NCBI RefSeq assembly: GCF_046105845.1
Contig: NZ_CP151004.1
Strand: one strand, 5' to 3'
Length of the DNA: 64,000 nt
Source: Escherichia coli
GTDB taxonomy: Bacteria; Pseudomonadota; Gammaproteobacteria; Enterobacterales; Enterobacteriaceae
Made by a program: the position numbers and the translations under genes. This document shows, piece by piece, positions 11,591-23,037 of the stretch (position 1 is the first letter of the stretch; each line of letters opens with the position of its first letter). The notes beneath the pieces were generated by a model, which did not search any database, was not told the DNA's origin, and saw only the letters and a list, made by a program, of their open reading frames with translations.

Positions 11591-12736
11591 ATGACAAATA
11601 ATGAATGCAAAGGGCCGTTTGAAGGCTTATTAGTTATCGATATGACACATGTCCTTAATGGACCTTTCGGAACTCAACTTCTTTGTAATATGGGCGCAAG
11701 GGTAATTAAAGTTGAGCCGCCGGGCCATGGTGATGATACCCGCACATTTGGTCCCTATGTGGATGGACAGTCACTCTATTACAGTTTTATTAATCATGGC
11801 AAAGAGAGTGTGGTTCTTGATTTAAAGAATGATCACGATAAAAGTATATTTATAAATATGCTTAAACAAGCTGATGTATTAGCTGAGAATTTTCGCCCTG
11901 GTACAATGGAAAAACTGGGGTTTTCATGGGAAACGCTACAAGAAATCAACCCGCGTCTCATATATGCTTCATCGTCAGGTTTTGGGCATACCGGCCCGCT
12001 AAAAGATGCTCCTGCCTACGATACCATCATTCAGGCAATGAGCGGGATAATGATGGAAACGGGATACCCTGATGCTCCGCCAGTTCGCGTGGGTACCTCT
12101 CTTGCGGATTTATGTGGCGGTGTCTATTTATTCAGTGGAATAGTGAGTGCACTTTATGGCCGCGAAAAGAGCCAACGAGGGGCGCATGTCGATATAGCGA
12201 TGTTTGATGCCACTCTGAGTTTTCTGGAGCACGGACTGATGGCATATATCGCGACTGGGAAGTCACCACAACGTCTGGGAAATCGTCACCCCTACATGGC
12301 ACCTTTTGATGTTTTCGATACTCAGGATAAGCCGATTACGATTTGTTGTGGTAATGACAAGCTTTTTTCTGCGTTATGTCAGGCACTGGATCTGACGGAG
12401 CTGGTTGATGATCCCCGATTTATCAGCAATATTTTACGCGTACAAAACCAGGCTATTCTTAAACAATATATTGAGCGGACGTTAAAAACACAGGCAGCTG
12501 AAGTTTGGTTAGCCAGAATACATGAAGTTGGTGTACCCGTAGCGCCGTTATTAAGTGTGGCTGAGGCCATTAATTTGCCACAAACTCAGGCGAGAAATAT
12601 GTTGATTGAAGCCGGGGGAATAATGATGCCGGGTAATCCGATAAAAATCAGCGGCTGCGCGGACCCGCATGTTATGCCGGGAGCGGCAACGCTCGACCAG
12701 CATGGGGAACAAATTCGCCAGGAATTCTCATCGTAA
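11591..12736 (+). CDS. yfdE: acetyl-CoA:oxalate CoA-transferase (family III CoA-transferase)
   Basis: ORF track 11552..12736; start placed at the internal ATG (MTNNECKGPFEGLLVIDMTHVLNGPFG...); paralogous to Frc. Confidence 0.85.
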   Translation: MTNNECKGPFEGLLVIDMTHVLNGPFGTQLLCNMGARVIKVEPPGHGDDTRTFGPYVDGQSLYYSFINHGKESVVLDLKNDHDKSIFINMLKQADVLAENFRPGTMEKLGFSWETLQEINPRLIYASSSGFGHTGPLKDAPAYDTIIQAMSGIMMETGYPDAPPVRVGTSLADLCGGVYLFSGIVSALYGREKSQRGAHVDIAMFDATLSFLEHGLMAYIATGKSPQRLGNRHPYMAPFDVFDTQDKPITICCGNDKLFSALCQALDLTELVDDPRFISNILRVQNQAILKQYIERTLKTQAAEVWLARIHEVGVPVAPLLSVAEAINLPQTQARNMLIEAGGIMMPGNPIKISGCADPHVMPGAATLDQHGEQIRQEFSS

Positions 12737-12790
12737 ATTAAGATGTGCTGGTAAATAGCTCCCACATTTGAACATTGTGGGAGCCGCTAT

Positions 12791-15700
12791 TTAGTCATTT
12801 TGTTGACAGAAAACAGCAATCTCCTGGTCTAACTCTGCAATGTGTTCTTTAACAGAGTTCAGCAACTTAAGAATTTCAGGCTTGCTGTCATCTGAAACGG
12901 GCGTTATTTCTAACTGATGGCTAAGATTAATCAACTTTTGCAAATTCAGGATGTTAGCCGCACCGTGGATGCGATGAATACACTGATGGAAAATTCTGTT
13001 GTCGCCAGCTTCTAGTGCATGAAACGCAGCGGGTAGATCTTTATGCGTTTCATGCTGGAAAGTCATGAGAATCTCCTGCATCAGTTGTAGATCGTTCGCC
13101 GTATTATTTTTCAGGGCCTCGATATCAAGGTGGCGATACTGAGGTGCAATATGCGCAACCTGGTGTAACTGACTTAAATGTGTTTTCAGTACATCCAGGG
13201 TCAACGGTTTGAACAAACATAAGTTCATGCCGCAATTTAACCCTTTTTCACGTTCGTTAGCCTGTGCGTTGGCTGTAAGCCCCCAGATAGGTAAGGAAGA
13301 ATTTTGCTCACGGAGTTTGCGAGTCAACTCAAAACCATCCATATTCGGCATATTAACGTCAGTAATAAGCAGATCATAATGTTGCATACTGACTTTGTGT
13401 AGCGCTTGCACACCATCAGTGGCTTCATCAACATCATATCCTAATAGGTTTAGCTGGCGTTTGAGTAATAGCCTGTTGGTCGGATGATCATCCGCGATTA
13501 ATATACTCAACTTTTCAGGGAGTGTCATAGGTTGTTCTGCTTTTGCCTCGACAGTCGCCACTTGTTGGGTAATTTCTACCGGGATTGTGATCGTAAATGT
13601 CGTTCCTATGCCTGGATGACTTTCTAATGACAAATCGCCCTGCATGTTTTTAATTAATTCTTTGCAGATCATTAAGCCTAAACCAGAACCTGTTTGCTGA
13701 CGACCTGCACTTGTTTGGCTATAGCGTTTAAACAGTTGTTGTTGTTCTTCCTGCGATAATCCACTTCCAGAATCCATAATCGTCATTTTGATAACAGCGT
13801 GGTTGTCATCAATGTCACCCAGGGAGGTCGTAATTTTTACTGCCCCCTCGGTGGTAAATTTGAGAGCATTGCTCAGTAAATTAGATAAGACCTGCTTAAA
13901 CGCCTGAGGGTCGATCTTAACCTGGTAATGTTCAGGAAACGTACTGCTGCAACTTAATGCGATGGATTTGCTTGCAGCAATCGCACCGAAAGAGTGACAA
14001 GTGTTCTGGACTAAAGTAGGGATATCGACCCATTGTGGTTGAAGTTGATAGTTACCCGACTCAATTTTGTCGACATCAAGGATTTCACCAATTAAGCCGA
14101 GGAGTGATTGTCCGGTGGCGTAGGCAAGTGAAATCGCCTCCACCCGTTGCTCCTTGCTAAGACCAGAACCCGACAAAAGTTCCAGGAAGCCCATAATGGA
14201 GCTTATTGGTGTTCTTATTTCGTGACTCATTGTTGCCAGAAACTGGCTTTTTGCGACAGTTGCATTGATCGCTTTATTTCTCTCTACTTCGAGTGCATGA
14301 ATTAAATCACGCGTCTCGGTAATATCTTGCCAACCACAAATATAAACAGCATGATCGCTGGCTGGCAGATTGCATAATGTATGCCAGTGATTAATGCATC
14401 TTTTCTCGATGCCATTATCAATTTCAAATACCTGTGTGTATATTGTTCGATTTTCTTTCGTTTCTGCTGTGACTTCATGCGCATTAGAAAAAACATCTTT
14501 AAAGGGTGAGTCACTGTTTTCTAATGGTAACATTGCATTTTTGTAGTAATCCGCAGTGAAATAATGTTCAAAAGCACTATTATGACTAATGACATTACCT
14601 TGCCAGTTTACAACATAAGTTGGATTCGGTAAGGAATCCGAGAGTGCTTTTCGGAATGATATTTGGTTTTCTAAATCACCCTGAATGACTTTACGACGAC
14701 GAACTGAGCGTAACAGGTAGAATCCCCATAAAAGGCTACTGCCAACTAATAAAACGGATAATGTCGTGACAATATAAAATTGCTCGCTATAGAGGTCCCA
14801 TGTGTCAATGGTCACATTGGGCATTTTAATCCATTTTTCCGTCAGGCGCAGAACTTCGCTTGGGGGAATTGCATTCAGTGCTTTATTAATAATATCCTTA
14901 AGTTCCGGTTCTCCGCGAGGAAAAGCGAACGAAAGCGATGCATTCTGAACGCCGGGAATAAGAAAATGATAAAGTTCATTAGGATAGTAATGGTCGATCA
15001 TGTAACGCGAATTTAGCTGTGTCGCGACCAGAGCATCAAGTTCACCTTCTTTAACCTTGTGAAATGCAGCGCTGGCATTATCGACTTTTATCCACTCTAC
15101 CTCCGGATACATCTCTTTTAATTGCGAATGAAGCTCATAATAATATGGAATGGCAACTTTCATTCCTTTTTTTAATGTTTGTTCACTGTCAGGCGCTTTT
15201 TGCATGACAAAAACGTAAGGCGTTGTTATGAAGGCTTCAGCAAATGAAACATTATTTTCTCGATCTTCACTATAAATAGCGGCGGGCAATATATCCCATC
15301 CACCGGGATTAAGCTGTGTCCCCGCATGAATATTGTGTGAAACGGTGATCGGAGAAAAATTTAAACCTGTTTGCAAGGTAATAATATTAAGAATATCACC
15401 CATCACGCCCCGAACTGAGCCAGTTTCATCTGTCATAGAATAGGGTGGCGAGTAAGGATTTTCCAGCACCTTTAAATCGGGATGCTGCTTAATCCACTGT
15501 TTTTCATGTTCAGTGAGTTCTAATGGTTTGTTCAGAAAGGCCAGGTTTCCTGTATCAAGCCAATTTTGTGATACTTCATAGCGAACTTCATTTGTTAAAG
15601 CATCAACAAATCGATTGAGTACTTCATTAAGAACGACTGAATCTTTTCTGGTTAAGAAAAAGTTATATTGACGCGGCGAGTTATAATATTTCACTACATT

Positions 15701-16384
15701 TAAGGAGTGAGTGAAATAGCGGGAAATCATACTGCTGGTAATAATGTTACTACCAATAAAGTAATCATTCTGTCCGGCTGAGACGGATGCTAATGCCTGA
15801 TATAAATTTGTAAAAGAGATAATTGTTGCTTTTGGAAATGATTGATGAATTACCTCATCTGGAGGGTAATTTGCTACCCGAGCAATATTTACTGGTTTTG
15901 ATGAGGTAAGCGGTCTCATTGAATCGTGAAGGGTGGTGACCAGCGCCGGAAAGGTAATTATCAGCGGTTTGGTTGCAGCAATGTCATCATTAAGAGGCGG
16001 CGAAGCAACTAAATGTGATAACACTATATCGACTTCCCCTTCTGTAAGCGCGTCCATTGCTTTTTGATGATCTGCGTATTCCCGGAGTGTTAATTTGATA
16101 TTTAACGCTCTTTTTAAAAGATTTAAATAATCAGCATTAATACCACGAACCCGTTGCTGCGAATCGGTATGCAACAAAGTAGCCGTTTGGGACTTGTGTA
16201 CTGCAATCACAAGATTTTTTTTGCTCGCTAACCAACGTAATTCCTTGTTGCTCAGACGTAGTGGATCAAGCGTGACACGGTTGTTACTACTGATGCCACG
16301 ATATTCGATGTAATCTTCGTCTGCGAAAATTATGGTCGACCAAAGACCACAACAGAGAAGAATAATATAGGGTAAAAACTTCAT
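12791..16384 (-). CDS. evgS: hybrid sensor histidine kinase (periplasmic sensor, HisKA, HATPase, receiver, HPt)
   Basis: 1197-aa ORF with H-box (ATMSHEIRTP), receiver and HPt domains. Confidence 0.92.
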   Translation of the reverse strand: MKFLPYIILLCCGLWSTIIFADEDYIEYRGISSNNRVTLDPLRLSNKELRWLASKKNLVIAVHKSQTATLLHTDSQQRVRGINADYLNLLKRALNIKLTLREYADHQKAMDALTEGEVDIVLSHLVASPPLNDDIAATKPLIITFPALVTTLHDSMRPLTSSKPVNIARVANYPPDEVIHQSFPKATIISFTNLYQALASVSAGQNDYFIGSNIITSSMISRYFTHSLNVVKYYNSPRQYNFFLTRKDSVVLNEVLNRFVDALTNEVRYEVSQNWLDTGNLAFLNKPLELTEHEKQWIKQHPDLKVLENPYSPPYSMTDETGSVRGVMGDILNIITLQTGLNFSPITVSHNIHAGTQLNPGGWDILPAAIYSEDRENNVSFAEAFITTPYVFVMQKAPDSEQTLKKGMKVAIPYYYELHSQLKEMYPEVEWIKVDNASAAFHKVKEGELDALVATQLNSRYMIDHYYPNELYHFLIPGVQNASLSFAFPRGEPELKDIINKALNAIPPSEVLRLTEKWIKMPNVTIDTWDLYSEQFYIVTTLSVLLVGSSLLWGFYLLRSVRRRKVIQGDLENQISFRKALSDSLPNPTYVVNWQGNVISHNSAFEHYFTADYYKNAMLPLENSDSPFKDVFSNAHEVTAETKENRTIYTQVFEIDNGIEKRCINHWHTLCNLPASDHAVYICGWQDITETRDLIHALEVERNKAINATVAKSQFLATMSHEIRTPISSIMGFLELLSGSGLSKEQRVEAISLAYATGQSLLGLIGEILDVDKIESGNYQLQPQWVDIPTLVQNTCHSFGAIAASKSIALSCSSTFPEHYQVKIDPQAFKQVLSNLLSNALKFTTEGAVKITTSLGDIDDNHAVIKMTIMDSGSGLSQEEQQQLFKRYSQTSAGRQQTGSGLGLMICKELIKNMQGDLSLESHPGIGTTFTITIPVEITQQVATVEAKAEQPMTLPEKLSILIADDHPTNRLLLKRQLNLLGYDVDEATDGVQALHKVSMQHYDLLITDVNMPNMDGFELTRKLREQNSSLPIWGLTANAQANEREKGLNCGMNLCLFKPLTLDVLKTHLSQLHQVAHIAPQYRHLDIEALKNNTANDLQLMQEILMTFQHETHKDLPAAFHALEAGDNRIFHQCIHRIHGAANILNLQKLINLSHQLEITPVSDDSKPEILKLLNSVKEHIAELDQEIAVFCQQND

Positions 16385-16388
16385 GTGG

Positions 16389-17003
16389 TTAGCCGATTTT
16401 GTTACGTTGTGCGAATGTGTAAAGATCCATCAGTGATTTACATTCTAATTTTTCCATCAGGCGACTTTTATAAGTGCTGACAGTTTTGTTGCTGATGAAC
16501 ATTTTTTCCGCAATATCATTATTATCCTTGCCATCAAGAATATATCGCATGACACTAATTTCTTGTTTCGATAAGGAGTCGAGTTTTTGCTGGTCGGACG
16601 TTAAACTTCCAACAAACCGGTTGAGAGAGAAGGGGAAATAGCAGTAGCCATTTTTTGCAGCTTCAATAGCCGCAATGATATTGTTCATGCCTTCTTTTTT
16701 ACTCACGAATCCATTAGCGCCAGCATCAGCACAATGTTTCCCGTAAAAATGGTCATTTTTAGCGGAGACGATAATAATAATTCCGCTATATTGGCGCTTC
16801 CTCAGCGTTTCTAACACCTGGATACCGTTAACTCCGGGGATATCGACATCAATGATGACGATATCAGGTTTAAGTGTTTCCACCCGCTGAACGGCACTTC
16901 CCCCTTCAGTCAACTCCGCTAAGATTTCAATATCGTTTTTGATCAATAAATTACGAATTGCTGCGATAGCAAGAGGATGGTCATCAATAATTATTGCGTT
17001 CAT
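16389..17003 (-). CDS. evgA: NarL/FixJ-family response regulator
   Basis: 204-aa ORF with receiver and LuxR-type HTH; immediately upstream of evgS. Confidence 0.92.
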   Translation of the reverse strand: MNAIIIDDHPLAIAAIRNLLIKNDIEILAELTEGGSAVQRVETLKPDIVIIDVDIPGVNGIQVLETLRKRQYSGIIIIVSAKNDHFYGKHCADAGANGFVSKKEGMNNIIAAIEAAKNGYCYFPFSLNRFVGSLTSDQQKLDSLSKQEISVMRYILDGKDNNDIAEKMFISNKTVSTYKSRLMEKLECKSLMDLYTFAQRNKIG

Positions 17004-17227
17004 AGATTATTCCCTTTGCAATGAAGCATCTCCCTTCTCCCTGTAGTAATACAGACATAAGGCATCATCTCATTTTCTCAATAAAAATAAGAAAATTTGA
17101 GCTTCCTTTAAGATAATTCGACAAGTATACCATATAAATAGTCGGCATATATGAAATGTCAACAATAAAATCAGGGATTGTACCGATTATTTATAGTTTC
17201 ACATTAGTACTATAAGTCTTCTCACTA

Positions 17228-17245
17228 ATCCTACATGCGTAAGAA
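17228..17245. promoter_or_regulatory. EvgA box-like site in the evgA-emrK divergent region
   Basis: ATCCTACATGCGTAAGAA, one mismatch per half-site to the EvgA consensus. Confidence 0.5.
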
Positions 17246-17418
17246 TTGTATTGCAAAAGCCACGGTTTAGTCCTCTGTTGTTTTTTTTGCACCTCATTTA
17301 AATTAGGCCTCCAACGTTCCTGGGATAATGTGCAACACATGCACTGTGTTTGATATGAAGAATGAATAATCATTTCATTCAATTCATAAATTTCATCTAT
17401 GCGAAATGAGAGATAATA

Positions 17419-18582
17419 GTGGAACAGATTAATTCAAATAAAAAACAATCTAACAGAAGAAAATACTTTTCTTTATTGGCGGTAGTTTTATTTATTGCGT
17501 TTTCAGGTGCCTATGCCTATTGGTCAATGGAATTAGAAGACATGATTAGTACAGATGACGCCTATGTCACGGGGAATGCAGATCCAATTTCTGCACAAGT
17601 CTCAGGTAGTGTCACTGTCGTTAATCATAAAGATACGAACTACGTTCGACAAGGTGACATTTTAGTCTCACTGGATAAGACTGATGCCACTATCGCACTC
17701 AATAAAGCTAAAAATAATCTGGCCAATATTGTTCGGCAAACGAATAAACTGTACTTACAGGATAAACAATACAGTGCCGAAGTCGCTTCAGCTCGTATTC
17801 AGTATCAACAATCTTTAGAAGATTATAACCGTCGTGTACCTTTAGCGAAGCAGGGGGTTATTTCAAAAGAAACGCTGGAGCATACCAAAGATACGTTAAT
17901 AAGTAGCAAAGCGGCATTGAATGCTGCTATTCAGGCTTATAAAGCGAATAAAGCTTTAGTAATGAACACACCATTAAACCGTCAGCCACAAGTCGTTGAA
18001 GCGGCGGATGCAACCAAAGAAGCCTGGTTAGCGCTTAAACGTACGGATATTAAGAGTCCGGTTACCGGCTATATTGCCCAGCGAAGTGTTCAGGTCGGCG
18101 AAACAGTGAGTCCCGGACAATCGTTAATGGCTGTCGTACCGGCACGTCAAATGTGGGTTAATGCCAACTTTAAAGAAACACAACTCACGGATGTACGGAT
18201 TGGTCAATCGGTCAATATTATCAGCGATCTTTATGGTGAAAATGTTGTGTTTCATGGTCGGGTGACAGGGATCAATATGGGAACCGGCAATGCGTTCTCC
18301 TTATTACCTGCACAAAATGCGACAGGGAACTGGATCAAAATCGTTCAGCGTGTACCGGTTGAAGTTTCTCTTGATCCAAAAGAACTCATGGAACATCCCT
18401 TACGTATTGGTTTATCGATGACAGCAACTATTGATACGAAGAACGAAGACATTGCCGAGATGCCTGAGCTGGCTTCAACCGTGACGTCCATGCCTGCTTA
18501 TACCAGTAAGGCTTTAGTTATCGATACCAGCCCGATAGAAAAAGAAATTAGCAACATTATTTCGCATAATGGACAACTTTAA
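17419..18582 (+). CDS. emrK: multidrug efflux membrane fusion protein (EmrA/HlyD family)
   Basis: 387-aa ORF with N-terminal TM anchor and periplasmic coiled-coil; paired with an MFS pump gene. Confidence 0.9.
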   Translation: MEQINSNKKQSNRRKYFSLLAVVLFIAFSGAYAYWSMELEDMISTDDAYVTGNADPISAQVSGSVTVVNHKDTNYVRQGDILVSLDKTDATIALNKAKNNLANIVRQTNKLYLQDKQYSAEVASARIQYQQSLEDYNRRVPLAKQGVISKETLEHTKDTLISSKAALNAAIQAYKANKALVMNTPLNRQPQVVEAADATKEAWLALKRTDIKSPVTGYIAQRSVQVGETVSPGQSLMAVVPARQMWVNANFKETQLTDVRIGQSVNIISDLYGENVVFHGRVTGINMGTGNAFSLLPAQNATGNWIKIVQRVPVEVSLDPKELMEHPLRIGLSMTATIDTKNEDIAEMPELASTVTSMPAYTSKALVIDTSPIEKEISNIISHNGQL

Positions 18583-20120
18583 TGGCAATCACTAAATCAA
18601 CTCCGGCACCATTAACCGGTGGGACGTTATGGTGCGTCACTATTGCATTGTCATTAGCGACGTTTATGCAAATGTTGGATTCCACTATTTCTAACGTCGC
18701 AATACCGACAATATCTGGCTTTCTGGGAGCATCAACAGACGAAGGCACCTGGGTTATCACTTCGTTTGGCGTAGCAAATGCCATTGCGATCCCTGTTACC
18801 GGCAGGCTGGCACAAAGAATAGGCGAATTAAGATTATTTTTACTTTCAGTCACTTTTTTTTCGCTGTCTTCATTAATGTGTAGCCTATCGACCAATCTTG
18901 ATGTGCTGATATTTTTTAGAGTCGTTCAGGGGTTAATGGCGGGGCCGTTAATTCCACTGTCACAGAGTTTATTATTAAGGAATTATCCGCCAGAAAAAAG
19001 AACATTTGCTTTGGCATTATGGTCAATGACCGTAATTATCGCTCCGATATGTGGGCCGATATTGGGCGGCTATATTTGCGATAACTTTAGCTGGGGTTGG
19101 ATATTTTTAATCAATGTCCCTATGGGGATTATCGTTCTGACATTATGCTTAACCTTACTTAAAGGAAGAGAAACTGAGACTTCACCGGTCAAAATGAATC
19201 TACCAGGACTAACCCTGTTAGTGCTCGGTGTTGGTGGCTTGCAGATAATGCTTGATAAAGGGCGCGACCTGGATTGGTTCAACTCGAGTACAATAATAAT
19301 ACTAACAGTAGTGTCAGTTATTTCTCTGATTTCTTTAGTCATTTGGGAGTCGACCTCAGAGAACCCGATTCTTGATCTCAGTTTGTTTAAGTCCCGTAAT
19401 TTCACCATTGGTATTGTGAGTATCACATGCGCGTATTTATTTTACTCTGGAGCGATCGTCCTTATGCCGCAGTTACTCCAGGAAACTTTGGGGTATAATG
19501 CGATATGGGCCGGACTTGCTTATGCGCCCATCGGCATCATGCCACTATTAATTTCACCTTTGATAGGACGTTATGGCAACAAAATAGACATGCGGGTGTT
19601 AGTGACATTTAGTTTTTTGATGTATGCGGTTTGCTATTACTGGCGTTCTGTGACATTTATGCCAACGATTGATTTTACAGGCATTATTTTGCCACAGTTT
19701 TTCCAGGGATTCGCCGTTGCCTGTTTCTTTTTACCCTTAACAACGATTTCGTTTTCAGGGTTGCCAGATAATAAATTTGCCAATGCCTCGAGTATGAGTA
19801 ATTTTTTTCGTACCTTGTCAGGATCAGTTGGTACGTCGTTGACAATGACGCTGTGGGGACGACGCGAATCGTTACACCATAGTCAGTTGACAGCAACCAT
19901 CGATCAATTTAACCCCGTGTTTAATTCATCGTCACAAATTATGGATAAATACTATGGTTCGCTTTCAGGAGTTCTTAATGAGATTAATAATGAAATAACC
20001 CAGCAGTCACTTTCTATTTCTGCAAATGAGATTTTCCGTATGGCGGCTATTGCTTTTATCTTACTTACGGTTTTGGTTTGGTTTGCGAAACCGCCCTTTA
20101 CAGCGAAAGGCGTTGGGTGA
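18582..20120 (+). CDS. emrY: MFS multidrug efflux pump (EmrB family, 14 TM)
   Basis: 512-aa polytopic ORF; start overlaps the emrK stop. Confidence 0.9.
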   Translation: MAITKSTPAPLTGGTLWCVTIALSLATFMQMLDSTISNVAIPTISGFLGASTDEGTWVITSFGVANAIAIPVTGRLAQRIGELRLFLLSVTFFSLSSLMCSLSTNLDVLIFFRVVQGLMAGPLIPLSQSLLLRNYPPEKRTFALALWSMTVIIAPICGPILGGYICDNFSWGWIFLINVPMGIIVLTLCLTLLKGRETETSPVKMNLPGLTLLVLGVGGLQIMLDKGRDLDWFNSSTIIILTVVSVISLISLVIWESTSENPILDLSLFKSRNFTIGIVSITCAYLFYSGAIVLMPQLLQETLGYNAIWAGLAYAPIGIMPLLISPLIGRYGNKIDMRVLVTFSFLMYAVCYYWRSVTFMPTIDFTGIILPQFFQGFAVACFFLPLTTISFSGLPDNKFANASSMSNFFRTLSGSVGTSLTMTLWGRRESLHHSQLTATIDQFNPVFNSSSQIMDKYYGSLSGVLNEINNEITQQSLSISANEIFRMAAIAFILLTVLVWFAKPPFTAKGVG

Positions 20121-20227
20121 TGGTAAAAGCAAGGGGTTATAGCGGGTAAGACCGGGGATCTTAAGTCTGCGCCATCGGCAGCATCGCTCACCCAGGGAAA
20201 GGATGGCGATGCTGCATTGAAAATTAA

Positions 20228-21556
20228 TTAGCGGCCTTTTGCCAGATATTGCTCCATCTCTTCTTCCGGCACCATTCCACCTCCCGTCGCCCACACCAGA
20301 TGAGTGGCATTACGCAGTTGTTCTGCGCTGAAACCGTGCATCTGTTGGTAACTTACTGATGCACACACGCGCTGAGGTCCGGCCATACCCGCCAGTGCCG
20401 AAGGTTCAAGACGAATACCTTCTTCCTGCGCCAGCCAGCCAAGCATGTCATACATGGATTGATCGCTAAGGGTATAGAAGCCATCCAGTAGACGCTCCAT
20501 TGCCCGCCCGACAAAGCCTGATGCGCGACCAACTGCAAGGCCATCCGCTGCGGTAAGGTTGTCGATACCAATATCCTGAACAGAAATCTGATCGTGTAAT
20601 CCTGTATGGACGCCTAACAGCATACAAGGGGAGTGCGTTGGTTCGGCAAAAAAGCAGTGAACATGATCGCCAAATGCCAGTTTAAGCCCGAATGCGACGC
20701 CACCAGGACCACCGCCAACACCACACGGCAGATAGACAAACAGAGGGTTATCAGCATCGACAATACGACCTTGCTCGGCAAATTGCGCTTTAAGACGCTG
20801 GCCTGCGACGGAATACCCAAGGAACAACGTGCGGGAATTTTCGTCATCAATAAAGAAACAGTTCGGGTCAGACTGCGCTGCTTTACGTCCTTCCTCGACG
20901 GCAACACCATAATCTTGCTCATATTCCACGACCGTAACGCCATGGCTGCGCAGTTTCGCTTTTTTCCATGCCCGGGCATCAGCAGACATATGCACTGTCA
21001 CCTTAAAGCCAATGCGGGCGCTCATTATGCCGATTGATAACCCCAGATTTCCGGTTGAGCCCACAGCAATGCTGTATTGACTAAAGAACTGTTTAAACTC
21101 CGGAGACAGTAGTTTGCTGTAGTCATCTTCAGGCGTCAGCAACCCCGCTTCCAGAGCCAGTTTTTCTGCGTGTGCCAGGACTTCATAAATCCCGCCGCGT
21201 GCTTTTATGGAGCCGGAAATGGGCAAATGGCTATCTTTTTTCAGTAACAGTTGTCCGCTGATCGGTTGTTGATATTCCTTTTCCAGCCGTTTTTGCATAG
21301 CCGGAATGGCAACCAGTTCTGATTCAATAATCCCCCCAGTGGCAGCAGTTTCAGGAAATGCTTTTGCCAGATAGGGTGCAAAACGAGATAAGCGCGCATG
21401 GGCGTCCTGAACATCCTGTTCGGTCAGGCCAACATAAGGTAAACCTTCAGCCAATGAGGTCGTGCCAGGATTAAACCAGGTGGTTTCTTTAAGAGCAACC
21501 AGATCCTTTACCAACGGATACTGGGCGATGAGCGAGTTCATTTTAGCGTTTTCCAT
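20228..21556 (-). CDS. dsdA: D-serine ammonia-lyase (D-serine dehydratase), PLP-dependent
   Basis: 442-aa ORF containing SGSIKARGG (PLP-lysine motif). Confidence 0.92.
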   Translation of the reverse strand: MENAKMNSLIAQYPLVKDLVALKETTWFNPGTTSLAEGLPYVGLTEQDVQDAHARLSRFAPYLAKAFPETAATGGIIESELVAIPAMQKRLEKEYQQPISGQLLLKKDSHLPISGSIKARGGIYEVLAHAEKLALEAGLLTPEDDYSKLLSPEFKQFFSQYSIAVGSTGNLGLSIGIMSARIGFKVTVHMSADARAWKKAKLRSHGVTVVEYEQDYGVAVEEGRKAAQSDPNCFFIDDENSRTLFLGYSVAGQRLKAQFAEQGRIVDADNPLFVYLPCGVGGGPGGVAFGLKLAFGDHVHCFFAEPTHSPCMLLGVHTGLHDQISVQDIGIDNLTAADGLAVGRASGFVGRAMERLLDGFYTLSDQSMYDMLGWLAQEEGIRLEPSALAGMAGPQRVCASVSYQQMHGFSAEQLRNATHLVWATGGGMVPEEEMEQYLAKGR

Positions 21557-21573
21557 AGTACGTCTCTTTGCGC

Positions 21574-21792
21574 TTAGATGATAAATGACAGCAGGAATGT
21601 GCCCGCCAGAGCGACGACTGAAGCGATAAATGTCGCTGTCGTATAGTATTTAAATGTTTCATTGAGCGTAGCGCCGCAATATTGCTTCACCAGCCAGAAA
21701 AGCGAGTCTGTAACGATCGTGCAGCCAATCGCACCTGAACCGATAGCAATCGCAATAATTTCCGGGCTGATGTCGGGATACAGCGGCAGCAC
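21574..21792 (-). pseudogene. dsdX: 3' remnant of D-serine permease gene (GntP family), truncated by the csc insertion
   Basis: Only a 72-aa hydrophobic C-terminal segment upstream of dsdA; the reading frame hits an in-frame TAA just upstream of 21792; full dsdX (about 445 aa) and dsdC are absent. Confidence 0.75.
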
Positions 21793-22034
21793 AATGATCC
21801 ATATTTATATTTTCTTCTCCAGGTTGGCGATGCCAGTTGGCATGTTTTACCTACTTGCCTATATGGTTACTCGTTGGCGAGAACAGAGGCGGAATTGGGC
21901 ACAATTGTCCGGGAATTATTGTTATTTTTTATTGTATTGCCGTGTCGGGTGATAGGGCGTTGAGAATATCGTTGGATCTCGCCAGTGACGTCTGTTTCTG
22001 CTACAGTGCCCGTTTTACGGCAAACGGCTTGGGT

Positions 22035-23030
22035 ATGGCTTCATTAAAGGATGTCGCACGCCTGGCGGGAGTGTCGATGATGACAGTCTCCCGGGTGATG
22101 CATAATGCAGAATCTGTGCGTCCTGCAACGCGTGACCGCGTATTGCAGGCAATCCAGACCCTGAATTATGTTCCTGATCTTTCCGCCCGTAAGATGCGCG
22201 CTCAAGGACGTAAGCCGTCGACTCTCGCCGTGCTGGCGCAGGACACTGCTACCACTCCTTTCTCTGTTGATATTCTGCTTGCCATTGAGCAAACCGCCAG
22301 CGAGTTCGGCTGGAATAGTTTTTTAATCAATATTTTTTCTGAAGATGACGCTGCCCGCGCGGCACGTCAGCTGCTTGCCCACCGTCCGGATGGCATTATC
22401 TATACTACAATGGGGCTGCGACATATCACGCTGCCTGAGTCTCTGTATGGTGAAAATATTGTATTGGCGAACTGTGTGGCGGATGACCCAGCGTTACCCA
22501 GTTATATCCCTGATGATTACACTGCACAATATGAATCAACACAGCATTTGCTCGCGGCGGGCTATCGTCAACCGTTATGCTTCTGGCTACCGGAAAGTGC
22601 GTTGGCAACAGGGTATCGTCGGCAGGGATTTGAGCAGGCCTGGCGTGATGCTGGACGAGATCTGGCTGAGGTGAAACAATTTCACATGGCAACAGGTGAT
22701 GATCACTACACCGATCTCGCAAGTTTACTCAATGACCACTTCAAATCTGGCAAACCAGATTTTGATGTTCTGATATGTGGTAACGATCGCGCAGCCTTTG
22801 TCGCTTATCAGGTTCTCCTGGCGAAGGGGGTACGTATCCCGCAGGATGTCGCCGTAATGGGCTTTGATAATCTGGTTGGCGTCGGGCATCTGTTTTTACC
22901 GCCGCTGACCACAATTCAGCTTCCACATGACATTATCGGGCGGGAAGCTGCATTGCATATTATTGAAGGTCGTGAAGGGGGAAGAGTGACGCGGATCCCT
23001 TGCCCGCTGTTGATCCGTTGTTCCACCTGA
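22035..23030 (+). CDS. cscR: LacI-family sucrose-operon repressor
   Basis: 331-aa ORF from the ATG at 22035 (MASLKDVARLAGVSMMTVSRVMHN, LacI-type HTH) with periplasmic-binding-protein-like core. Confidence 0.88.
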   Translation: MASLKDVARLAGVSMMTVSRVMHNAESVRPATRDRVLQAIQTLNYVPDLSARKMRAQGRKPSTLAVLAQDTATTPFSVDILLAIEQTASEFGWNSFLINIFSEDDAARAARQLLAHRPDGIIYTTMGLRHITLPESLYGENIVLANCVADDPALPSYIPDDYTAQYESTQHLLAAGYRQPLCFWLPESALATGYRRQGFEQAWRDAGRDLAEVKQFHMATGDDHYTDLASLLNDHFKSGKPDFDVLICGNDRAAFVAYQVLLAKGVRIPQDVAVMGFDNLVGVGHLFLPPLTTIQLPHDIIGREAALHIIEGREGGRVTRIPCPLLIRCST

Positions 23031-23037
23031 TATTATG

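Noticed and set aside
14302-14514. 70-aa ORF inside evgS
   Set aside because: Lies within the evgS gene in a different frame; no independent support.
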